From an uncultured Candidatus Saccharibacteria bacterium (lineage in GTDB: Bacteria; Patescibacteriota; Minisyncoccia; 2-02-FULL-40-12; GWA2-44-9): a stretch of DNA of 64,000 bases. A program made the translations under genes and the position numbers. Where the stretch lies: assembly GCA_964491455.1 (NCBI GenBank), contig CAZBFM010000001.1, forward strand, positions 215,229-279,228, in the 5' to 3' direction. Position 1 is the stretch's first letter. Each line of letters opens with the position of its first letter. A model generated the notes under the pieces. The model was not told the DNA's origin. It searched no databases and was given only the letters and a program-made list of their open reading frames with translations. Shown here piece by piece: positions 1 to 7,413 of this stretch.

Positions 1-127
1 TAACGAACATCTTGTAGTAGATCTCGGCAATGCAAGCTATCGCATCCTCGAGCTTGATACTCGTGGTGGAGTGAATGTTATCAAGCTCTGAGGTTGCGTG
101 ATATACTTATAACACTGTCGCAACGGT

Positions 128-1189
128 ATGAATCCTACAGCTACTCTTCATCGATTATTGGCAGCGGCCGTTCAGCGTGAGGCCAGTGATCTTCATATCG
201 CGGTAAAGCGACGACCAATCATACGAGTCGCTGGTGAGTTAATTCAGCTTGAGGATGAGGAGGCGCTCAATGAGGAAAGCGCGCAGGCGATAATTTCAGA
301 GTTAATGAATCCGGATCAGCGCGAGCGTTTCATTCGAGAGCATCAGCTGGATTTTGCATATGCCTTATCTGATAATACGCGCTTTCGTGTCAATGCATAT
401 ATACAGCAAAATAGCTGGTCAGCTGCATTGCGACTCGTGCCAGCAAAAATTAGAACGATTGATGAGCTAGGTCTTCCCGCGGTCATACACGAGTTCGCAA
501 AAATGCACCAGGGATTTGTGTTGCTTGTCGGTCCTGCGGGTCACGGAAAATCCACAACTACCGCAGCCATTCTCGACGAGATTAATCGGGAGAGAAGCGC
601 GCACATCATCACGATAGAGGATCCTATCGAATACATATTCAATCAAGGACGCGGCATCGTGTCGCAGCGAGAGGTCGGTAGCGATACCGCGTCGTTCGCG
701 GATGGCTTGAAAACTGTCTTGCGTCAGGATCCAGATGTTGTGATGGTCGGAGAAATGCGCGACTCGGAATCGATTGCAGCTGCCATGACGGCTGCCGAAA
801 CGGGGCACTTGGTATTCTCCACACTTCACACAAATTCTGCATCGCAAACAATTGATCGCATCATTGACTCCTTTCCACCAGCGCAACAACAGCAAGTCAT
901 TACACAAATTGCCACAACGCTAGTCGCTATTATTTCGGTACGGCTCATTCCTAGTTTACAAGGAGGGCGCGTGTTGGCTTCTGAGGTAATGATTATGAAC
1001 CCAGCAATTAGGAATCTCATTCGAGAGCGCAAAGTGTATTCCATTGATTCGGTGATTCAAATGAGCGCCGATGAGCATATGATTACTCTTAATCATTCGC
1101 TTGCAAAACTCATTCTGGAAAAAAGGATTTCGCTTGAGCACGGTGAGATATACTCCCCGAATGCAGTCGAACTAAGAAAGTTGTTGTAA
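128..1189 (+). CDS. pilT: Type IV pilus retraction ATPase PilT (twitching motility)
   Basis: 353 aa; Walker A GPAGHGKST, PilT/GspE secretion-ATPase core (IITIEDPIEY, Asp and His boxes); ends at hairpin terminator. Confidence 0.85.
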   Translation: MNPTATLHRLLAAAVQREASDLHIAVKRRPIIRVAGELIQLEDEEALNEESAQAIISELMNPDQRERFIREHQLDFAYALSDNTRFRVNAYIQQNSWSAALRLVPAKIRTIDELGLPAVIHEFAKMHQGFVLLVGPAGHGKSTTTAAILDEINRERSAHIITIEDPIEYIFNQGRGIVSQREVGSDTASFADGLKTVLRQDPDVVMVGEMRDSESIAAAMTAAETGHLVFSTLHTNSASQTIDRIIDSFPPAQQQQVITQIATTLVAIISVRLIPSLQGGRVLASEVMIMNPAIRNLIRERKVYSIDSVIQMSADEHMITLNHSLAKLILEKRISLEHGEIYSPNAVELRKLL

Positions 1190-1193
1190 ATAG

Positions 1194-1227
1194 AAAACCC
1201 TCGCCAATTGAGACGAGGGTTTTCTTT
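1194..1227. terminator. Bidirectional intrinsic terminator between pilT and rpsI
   Basis: Stem AAAACCCTCG / CGAGGGTTTT with 10-nt loop, T-run after. Confidence 0.5.
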
Positions 1228-1238
1228 GCAGCTGCTTA

Positions 1239-1817
1239 CTATCGTTTTGCCCAGCGTGGACCTTTGCGAGACTTCTTAAGTCCAGGCATCTTGCGCTCGA
1301 CACGTCGTGAATCACGAGTGAGGAAGCCAGCCTTTTTGAGTTTCTTCCTAAAGTTTGCATCGAACAATTCGAGTGTTCGCGAGATACCATGTCGAACAGC
1401 ATCGGCTTGACCCGCGATACCACCACCGTTTACTAGAACCGAAACCTTGAATCGTGAAAGAGACTTCAAGCGTCTGAGTGGTGTTTCAACTCGCATCATT
1501 AAATTCTTATCCAAAAAATAATCCGAATAGTCCTTACCATTGACGGTCATAAGGGCTGCGTCTTCAGTGAGCTTATCACCCGCCTTACGCGTCATGAGTC
1601 GTACGCGCGCGATTGATCGCTTGCGGCGACCCACTGCCTCGTAATATTTCTCCTTCGCTCCATCGGCGAGTTCCTCCAATACGATTGGCGCAGCGTCTAT
1701 GTCCTCGTCTTCACGAGACACGGTATCAACGAATGAGGTTGGCATAGAGACTATCGGCTCTTCGAGCGCCTTTGTCATGGTACGTGATCCGGATTTTGAT
1801 GCAGTCTTTGTTGCCAT
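1239..1817 (-). CDS. rpsI: 30S ribosomal protein S9 with N-terminal extension
   Basis: C-terminal GGGIAGQADAVRHGISRTL...KKSRKGPRWAKR matches the S9 signature; extended acidic N-terminus. Confidence 0.9.
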   Translation of the reverse strand: MATKTASKSGSRTMTKALEEPIVSMPTSFVDTVSREDEDIDAAPIVLEELADGAKEKYYEAVGRRKRSIARVRLMTRKAGDKLTEDAALMTVNGKDYSDYFLDKNLMMRVETPLRRLKSLSRFKVSVLVNGGGIAGQADAVRHGISRTLELFDANFRKKLKKAGFLTRDSRRVERKMPGLKKSRKGPRWAKR

Positions 1818-1818
1818 A

Positions 1819-2181
1819 TTATTTGATGACGATATGATTCAATAAAATATCTCGCTGTCTGTTCTCTGGAAGCATGCCACGAACTACTTTTCGTAGAACC
1901 TGGTTCTTATCACGAGACCACGCCTCTTCAAGAGTCCTCTCTTTCATACCGCCAGGAAAGCCTGAGTGCGTGTAATACACCTTCGACGCCGCCTTCGTAC
2001 CTTTAAAAATGATTTTATCCAAATTGTGAACAACTATCTGAATGTCAGGGATAATATTCGGCGTCCAGGAAGCTGCGTCCTTTCCACGCAGAACCATAGC
2101 AATCTTCGTTGCCATGCGACCCAATGACTGATTTGTAGCGTCGATTTCAATTACTTTCATAGTATTATGCAACAAATTCAA
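1819..2181 (-). CDS. rplM: 50S ribosomal protein L13
   Basis: IEIDATNQSLGRMATKIAMVLRGK aligns to the L13 N-terminus; classic rplM-rpsI pair; alternative start at 2160. Confidence 0.9.
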   Translation of the reverse strand: MNLLHNTMKVIEIDATNQSLGRMATKIAMVLRGKDAASWTPNIIPDIQIVVHNLDKIIFKGTKAASKVYYTHSGFPGGMKERTLEEAWSRDKNQVLRKVVRGMLPENRQRDILLNHIVIK

Positions 2182-2512
2182 CTATTGCAACTGGTGAGCC
2201 GTCAGAGCTGCGTCGACCGAGCTTGATCACTCTTGTATAGCCGCCAGCGCGATCAGCAAACTTCGGAGCAATTTCCTTGGCCAGCTTTTCTGCAGCCGCA
2301 GATCCTACCGAACGAAGAAGCAATCTACGCGACGCAAGAGACCCGCGCTTAGCCTGCGTTACTGCTTTGTCGGCGATGGTCTTCAATGTCTTTGCCCTGG
2401 CAGTTGTGGTGCGAATCTTGCCATGAGATACGAGCGAAGTTAAGAGACCTTTCAGAAAGGCTTTACGCTGCTGCAGCTCTCTGCCAAATGTTCTCTTATT
2501 GCCTCGTTTCAT
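2165..2512 (-). CDS. rplQ: 50S ribosomal protein L17
   Basis: 115 aa; KGLLTSLVSHGKIRTTTARAK... is an L17 family match; directly downstream of rpoA as in the canonical alpha operon. Confidence 0.9.
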   Translation of the reverse strand: MKRGNKRTFGRELQQRKAFLKGLLTSLVSHGKIRTTTARAKTLKTIADKAVTQAKRGSLASRRLLLRSVGSAAAEKLAKEIAPKFADRAGGYTRVIKLGRRSSDGSPVAIVEFVA

Positions 2513-2552
2513 GGGATTCAGATAATATCACAGTTACTACGTTGCGTCCAGT

Positions 2553-3287
2553 TTATTCGGTTTTACTTTTCTTTATCTTCTTCGGAGCCTTAGCACTCTC
2601 TTCGGGAGCCGCAATAGCAGATACCATGCTGAAGTGATCCATGAGAATCTGCCCCGCTTGCTTCATTGCGAGCTCAGGTTGCATAGAACCATCCGTTTCC
2701 ACCTCCATTGTTATGCGATTGAAGTCGATTCTCTGACCCACGCGGACATCATCAACTGTAAAATTTACCATGCGCACCGGCGAGAAAGCAGCATCAACAG
2801 AAATAACACCAATCGGTAGTTTCTCTTTCTGTCTCGTCTCGACTGCGACATATCCTCGTCCCTTCGAAATAGTCAGCTCGATTTCAAGCTCAGTTTTCTT
2901 GTCAGTGATTGTGCAAATTCTTTGCGCAGCATTCACAAGTTCGATGTCGGACGAGAGTTGAATGTCAGCGCCCGTCACCTCGTGCTCGCCTTTCACTTTG
3001 AGGGTGACAACCACCGGCTCCTCAGAGAAGCTGCGAAAACGGAGACGCTTCAAGTTTAGAAGTACTTCAATGACGTCCTCTTGCACTCCCGCGATCGCTC
3101 CAAACTCATGTTCAACGCCATGGATCTTGAGTGACGTAATGGCGGCACCTTCGAGCGAAGAGAGTAATACTCTACGAAGAGGGTTTGCAATAGTCGCTCC
3201 ATACCCTGGCATAAGAGGACCGATTTCGAAAATCGCTTTGTTGCCCTCTTTCTTTACTACTTTTACTTCCTCTGGGAGCTGGATCAT
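2553..3287 (-). CDS. rpoA: DNA-directed RNA polymerase alpha subunit, N-terminal domain only (no alpha-CTD)
   Basis: 244 aa; strong alpha-NTD similarity (GPLMPGYGATIANPLRRVLLSSLEGAAITSLKI); ends in Lys-rich tail APKKIKKSKTE; rplQ follows immediately, so there is no room for a CTD. Confidence 0.85.
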   Translation of the reverse strand: MIQLPEEVKVVKKEGNKAIFEIGPLMPGYGATIANPLRRVLLSSLEGAAITSLKIHGVEHEFGAIAGVQEDVIEVLLNLKRLRFRSFSEEPVVVTLKVKGEHEVTGADIQLSSDIELVNAAQRICTITDKKTELEIELTISKGRGYVAVETRQKEKLPIGVISVDAAFSPVRMVNFTVDDVRVGQRIDFNRITMEVETDGSMQPELAMKQAGQILMDHFSMVSAIAAPEESAKAPKKIKKSKTE

Positions 3288-3379
3288 TACAGTTAATCGC
3301 GAACGTAGCGGTATTATACGAGGTTAGGAGGAGGGGTGGTCGGTGGCTCGTAGGATACGCGGCGTAAGCAATGGGTTAA

Positions 3380-4024
3380 TTAGCGTGAATAGTATTCAAT
3401 AATTGCCTGCAAATCGACGGTCTGTATTCCGCTCTCCTCTACCGTCGGCAACGACTTAACAGTGGCAGTGAGCTTCTTTTTATCAACCTCAAGCCAGGAA
3501 GGCGCGGTTGTCGCTTCCATCCAGCGAGGCATCAATGTTGCAAAGTACGGAGATGCTTTTGAAATTTCGCGCACACCTATTACATCACCGACCTTAACCA
3601 CAATTGATGGAGTCTTTGCTCGTTTTCCATTGAGAGTGACATGACCGTGGCCAACAATCTGTCTCGCCTGATCTCGTGACTGTGCCAAGCCCATACGAAA
3701 AGCGACGTTGTCGAGGCGTGTCTCAAGGCTGCGAATTACAGCAATATAAGGAGATTCACGCTTCGCATTTTCAAGAGAACGTTTTACATATGTCTTGAAA
3801 GGCTTTTCGAGAAGCCGGTAGACATTACGTACCTTCTGCTTTGAACGTAGCTGCGTTCCAAATTCAGAAAGCTTTCGAGGTCTGCGTCCCGATCCGTGCT
3901 GACCAGGTGGAAATGGTCGCCGCACTATCGCTGACTTTGGTGAGTTTGAACGCTCACCCTTTAAGGAGAGGTTTTCTCCAATACGTCGCTCAATTTTTCC
4001 TCGTGGTCCAGTATATCTTGCCAT
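3380..4024 (-). CDS. rpsD: 30S ribosomal protein S4
   Basis: MARYTGPRGKIERRIGENLSLKGERS N-terminus, S4 family. Confidence 0.9.
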   Translation of the reverse strand: MARYTGPRGKIERRIGENLSLKGERSNSPKSAIVRRPFPPGQHGSGRRPRKLSEFGTQLRSKQKVRNVYRLLEKPFKTYVKRSLENAKRESPYIAVIRSLETRLDNVAFRMGLAQSRDQARQIVGHGHVTLNGKRAKTPSIVVKVGDVIGVREISKASPYFATLMPRWMEATTAPSWLEVDKKKLTATVKSLPTVEESGIQTVDLQAIIEYYSR

Positions 4025-4042
4025 AGTAGATGAGTGTAGCTA

Positions 4043-4534
4043 TTAGATGCGTCGTGGCTTCGGAGATTTAACCCCATTGTGAGGCACTGGCGTCTTGTCC
4101 ATAATTGAAGTTACATTGAGACCGGTTCCAGCAATACCGCGTACTGCTGCTTCACGGGCTGGACCAACGCCTTTTACCACGATACGTACATTCATAAGGC
4201 CAAACCGCTTTGCCTTCTCGACCGCATCTTTTGCTACAAGATTGGCTGCGTAGGGAGTTGACTTCTTGGAGCCCTTAAAGCCCAAAAGTCCAGCGCTAGA
4301 AAATGTGAGAACATTTCCTCCGAGATCACTAATCGCAATAAGTGTGTTGTTGTATGAAATGTTGATATTTACGACACCGTTCAGTACGAGCTTCTTAGAG
4401 CTCTTCTTTGATGAGATGGCCTCACCCGCGGAAACTTCGGCAACACTCGCTGATGCGACGTCTTTTACTGGTGAAACCTCAGGCTTTGCCTTTGTTGAAG
4501 TAACCGTCTTTTTTTTCTTTAGATCGTCAGTCAT
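4043..4534 (-). CDS. rpsK: 30S ribosomal protein S11 (Lys/Ser-rich N-terminal extension)
   Basis: Core GFKGSKKSTPYAA...VKGVGPAREAAVRGI...TPVPHNG matches S11; start chosen at MTDDLKKKK, 4 nt after the rpsM stop. Confidence 0.85.
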   Translation of the reverse strand: MTDDLKKKKTVTSTKAKPEVSPVKDVASASVAEVSAGEAISSKKSSKKLVLNGVVNINISYNNTLIAISDLGGNVLTFSSAGLLGFKGSKKSTPYAANLVAKDAVEKAKRFGLMNVRIVVKGVGPAREAAVRGIAGTGLNVTSIMDKTPVPHNGVKSPKPRRI

Positions 4535-4538
4535 AGTA

Positions 4539-4925
4539 TCAAGTCTTTTCAGATGATTTTGCTCTTCCAGAGCCCATAGTCTTTCGAACGTTTCCACGAG
4601 TTGTTCTGCTGTTCGTCTTAGAACGCCCCTTTACTGGAAGTCGCCGAGAAAGGCGCGAGCCCTTCCATGTGCCGGTCTCCTTCTGGTGCTTCTGATTTTG
4701 GCCGACTTCTTTACGCAAATCACCCTCAATTTTATAGGCGCGTTCAATGATTTTCTGAATTTTACCGAGCTCCTCACCAGTTAAGTCCGATGCCTTCTTA
4801 TCAAAATCAATCCCGGCGCTCTTTAGAATAATAGCAGCAGTTGTCGGGCCGATACCGTACAAATACGGCAAAGAAAACAGTATCTTTTTGTTATCCGGGA
4901 TTGTAACACCAAAAATACGTGGCAT
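4539..4925 (-). CDS. rpsM: 30S ribosomal protein S13
   Basis: MPRIFGVTIPDNKKI...YGIGPTTA aligns to the S13 N-terminus; start at internal Met of the listed ORF. Confidence 0.85.
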   Translation of the reverse strand: MPRIFGVTIPDNKKILFSLPYLYGIGPTTAAIILKSAGIDFDKKASDLTGEELGKIQKIIERAYKIEGDLRKEVGQNQKHQKETGTWKGSRLSRRLPVKGRSKTNSRTTRGNVRKTMGSGRAKSSEKT

Positions 4926-4941
4926 AAATAGTATAATCGAA

Positions 4942-5055
4942 TTAGCCCTGACGCTGCTTGTGCTTGGCAATTTTGCAAACACAATACAAACGCTTCTTGC
5001 GTCGTACTAGTTTGCAGTTGTTGCACATTGGTTTTACAGATGCTTGAACCTTCAT
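4942..5055 (-). CDS. rpmJ: 50S ribosomal protein L36
   Basis: Hand-translated 37-aa [40 protein letters not shown] with the C-x2-C...C...H zinc ribbon of L36; sits between infA and rpsM as expected. Confidence 0.8.
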   Translation of the reverse strand: MKVQASVKPMCNNCKLVRRKKRLYCVCKIAKHKQRQG

Positions 5056-5097
5056 TATTGATAAAATGATAACCTTCCCGTCCCGGTCAGTACTGCG

Positions 5098-5310
5098 CTA
5101 ATTGCGGTACACGATCCTACCACGAGAGCCGTCAGGAGTCACCTCCATGGAGACTTTATCCCCTACCATAACTTTGATATGCCGCAGTCTCATCCTGCCC
5201 GCTAAATAAGCAAGCACAACAGTGCCATCTTCTAGCTGGACACGGAATGTAGTGTCAGGGAGTGCCTCAATGACGCTACCGGTGACTTTTTGCTTTTTCT
5301 GGTCGATCAA
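5098..5310 (-). CDS. infA: Translation initiation factor IF-1
   Basis: 70 aa; S1-like OB fold sequence GSVIEALPDTTFRVQLEDGTVVLAYLAGRMR. Confidence 0.9.
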   Translation of the reverse strand: MIDQKKQKVTGSVIEALPDTTFRVQLEDGTVVLAYLAGRMRLRHIKVMVGDKVSMEVTPDGSRGRIVYRN

Positions 5311-5381
5311 GGGTGCTGTGCTTAGCGCTCAATGAGTGAGCTTGTAAAGCCCATATATACTAGCAGATGGTACCTGCGCTG

Positions 5382-7346
5382 TCAACGGCCGTTGAGCTCT
5401 TCCGCAGAGTGCTTGATTTCAAGCTTGATTTTACCTGCGTCTCGTGGAGCTGAACGCACCCAAAAGGGTGAAAAAAACACGGATGCTGAAGTAATATCTT
5501 CACGTGCCTTGAAATAATTGGAAATTCCAGCGCTCGACAAACCTCGAATGTCTTGCGTGATGGCGAATGCATCTATCGGCGCGTAACCCGCACCCTTCAT
5601 CGCGACTTTAAAACTCAACGTCGCCAAGTCCTTGTTGTATGCAATTTCCTTGAACGTCACTGATAGATCGTCGGCCTCTGCTGATACATGCTCATTTCTT
5701 AAAATTATGCGCTCCAGTAAGTCCATAAGATCTGCTTTACGAAATGCAATAGTTTTAATGGTTCCCGTAGCTGAAACCGTAACTGAATCACCTGCGTCAT
5801 CAGCGTTCGCTGAACTTGTGAGGCTTGAAATCACGAGAGAATCCGGGTTCAAGACCTGTAGATCCGATCCCTGAGCGGAAATGGCAGTCTGTATTTGCTC
5901 CTTTACGAGCGCTAGTGCAGTGCTTTTCGCCTCATCATAATTGGCCTGCGTGATGACAGATGAGGGCCCCGATGCTCCACCAGACATCGCAGCGTCAGAC
6001 TTGCCATAGATGGCAGCTGCCCTGCTCGTATCTCCCTTTTCTTTGAATGCGACAATAACGAAGTCCGATGGCGGAATGTTGTAGTTGGCTCCTGGAGCAT
6101 CGGCTATCACATCAACGACAACTTTGCCTGGTATGGTAGCGCCAGCGACCATCGTACTACCAGGAACAACAATAGACTGTAATGTTCGAAATAGCTTGCC
6201 ATCCGACGTGGCAAGTCTTGTGTTTGTAACGAGCGGCTGCCCCGTCGACGAATATGCGTTGTAGAGCGTAATCTTACCTCTTGCCTTCGATGCAACATCA
6301 CGACGACCTGTTGCAGGCACTGTATGTTCCGCGGTCTTCGAAACTTCTATTAATTGTCCGGGAAGCTTTGCAAATGCCTCGTCTATGGTTGAAAAAACAT
6401 CCGACGACTGAATTGATATCGTAGTATCAATTTGCTTTGAAACGGGTACTATCGCAATACGAACCGATCCAGTCATGAGATACACAGCGCTAGCCAATAC
6501 GACCGCTGCAGTCACGACCATACTGATTGCGACGCGCTTAGATATACGAGCACTGGATGAAACTCTTGAAACGCTCGAAAATGTCCTCTGCAATGGGGAC
6601 GTGTTTGTTTTCATCCCCCTCCAAACCGTGTCGATATAATCCGATCCTGCTGCAAGTGCGGCTTCCTCCGCAGACAAGCCACGCTGAACAGGAATCTTCG
6701 CTGGCTTTTCGGGTTTTGCTATTGGGGTGAAAGTTCTTGATGGCACTCCGATGCGTACTCCATCCACCGCGCTCATTATCGGTGTTCTCTGGCTATTCGA
6801 CTTAGATGCGGCAGCAAGAGTGGCTGTCGCAAGCACCTCATCCCCAAGTGAATCCTCCATGCCGGTTGCTTCCTTCTCATCGACAATATTTCCCTCGTCG
6901 TCTTCGATGTGCATGTTTCGCAGCGGATCCTCTTCATCATAATCGTCTCCGGTGCTACCCGTGGTTTGGTCAGAGGTTAGCGGGACATCACCTAGATCAG
7001 CTGCGTCGTCAAAATTCGGTATGTCAAAATCCGTAGGAACCATCGCTGCGGCTGCTGTAGCCCTGGGCTGAGACGACTTCGAGGAGCGCTCACTGCCCGT
7101 TGACATCACATTAAATCCGTATTTCTTTGCGAGCGAAGCGGTGGAAGTGACAGAAGTGAGAATTGAAATCGACTTCTTTGAACCGAGCGCCTCTGACGCG
7201 AACGCTGCAAAATGATCCTCATTTCTAAATAACTTTCCGACTTTAGGAAGGACTAAAATGACCTCATCTGCTGTTGTGTCTCGAAATAGCTCGAGAATAT
7301 CGTTGAATGAGTCGTCCTTTAGGACATTGATTATTTTAACGCTCAT
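5382..7346 (-). CDS. Hypothetical single-pass membrane protein with acidic low-complexity linker and large extracytoplasmic C-terminal region
   Basis: 654 aa; one predicted TM (VAISMVVTAAVVLASAVYLM); D/E-rich segment before it; no recognised family; tightly packed with flanking genes. Confidence 0.5.
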   Translation of the reverse strand: MSVKIINVLKDDSFNDILELFRDTTADEVILVLPKVGKLFRNEDHFAAFASEALGSKKSISILTSVTSTASLAKKYGFNVMSTGSERSSKSSQPRATAAAAMVPTDFDIPNFDDAADLGDVPLTSDQTTGSTGDDYDEEDPLRNMHIEDDEGNIVDEKEATGMEDSLGDEVLATATLAAASKSNSQRTPIMSAVDGVRIGVPSRTFTPIAKPEKPAKIPVQRGLSAEEAALAAGSDYIDTVWRGMKTNTSPLQRTFSSVSRVSSSARISKRVAISMVVTAAVVLASAVYLMTGSVRIAIVPVSKQIDTTISIQSSDVFSTIDEAFAKLPGQLIEVSKTAEHTVPATGRRDVASKARGKITLYNAYSSTGQPLVTNTRLATSDGKLFRTLQSIVVPGSTMVAGATIPGKVVVDVIADAPGANYNIPPSDFVIVAFKEKGDTSRAAAIYGKSDAAMSGGASGPSSVITQANYDEAKSTALALVKEQIQTAISAQGSDLQVLNPDSLVISSLTSSANADDAGDSVTVSATGTIKTIAFRKADLMDLLERIILRNEHVSAEADDLSVTFKEIAYNKDLATLSFKVAMKGAGYAPIDAFAITQDIRGLSSAGISNYFKAREDITSASVFFSPFWVRSAPRDAGKIKLEIKHSAEELNGR

Positions 7347-7413
7347 CGAGTTTGCTGTGAGTTCAAACCTAAGTATACCCCCGAATCACGCCTGCGTACA
7401 TCACTCATGTGGA

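Noticed and set aside
2386-3327. Several 60-120-aa plus-strand ORFs within rplQ/rpoA
   Set aside because: Antisense to ribosomal/RNAP genes with unambiguous homology; composition-driven.
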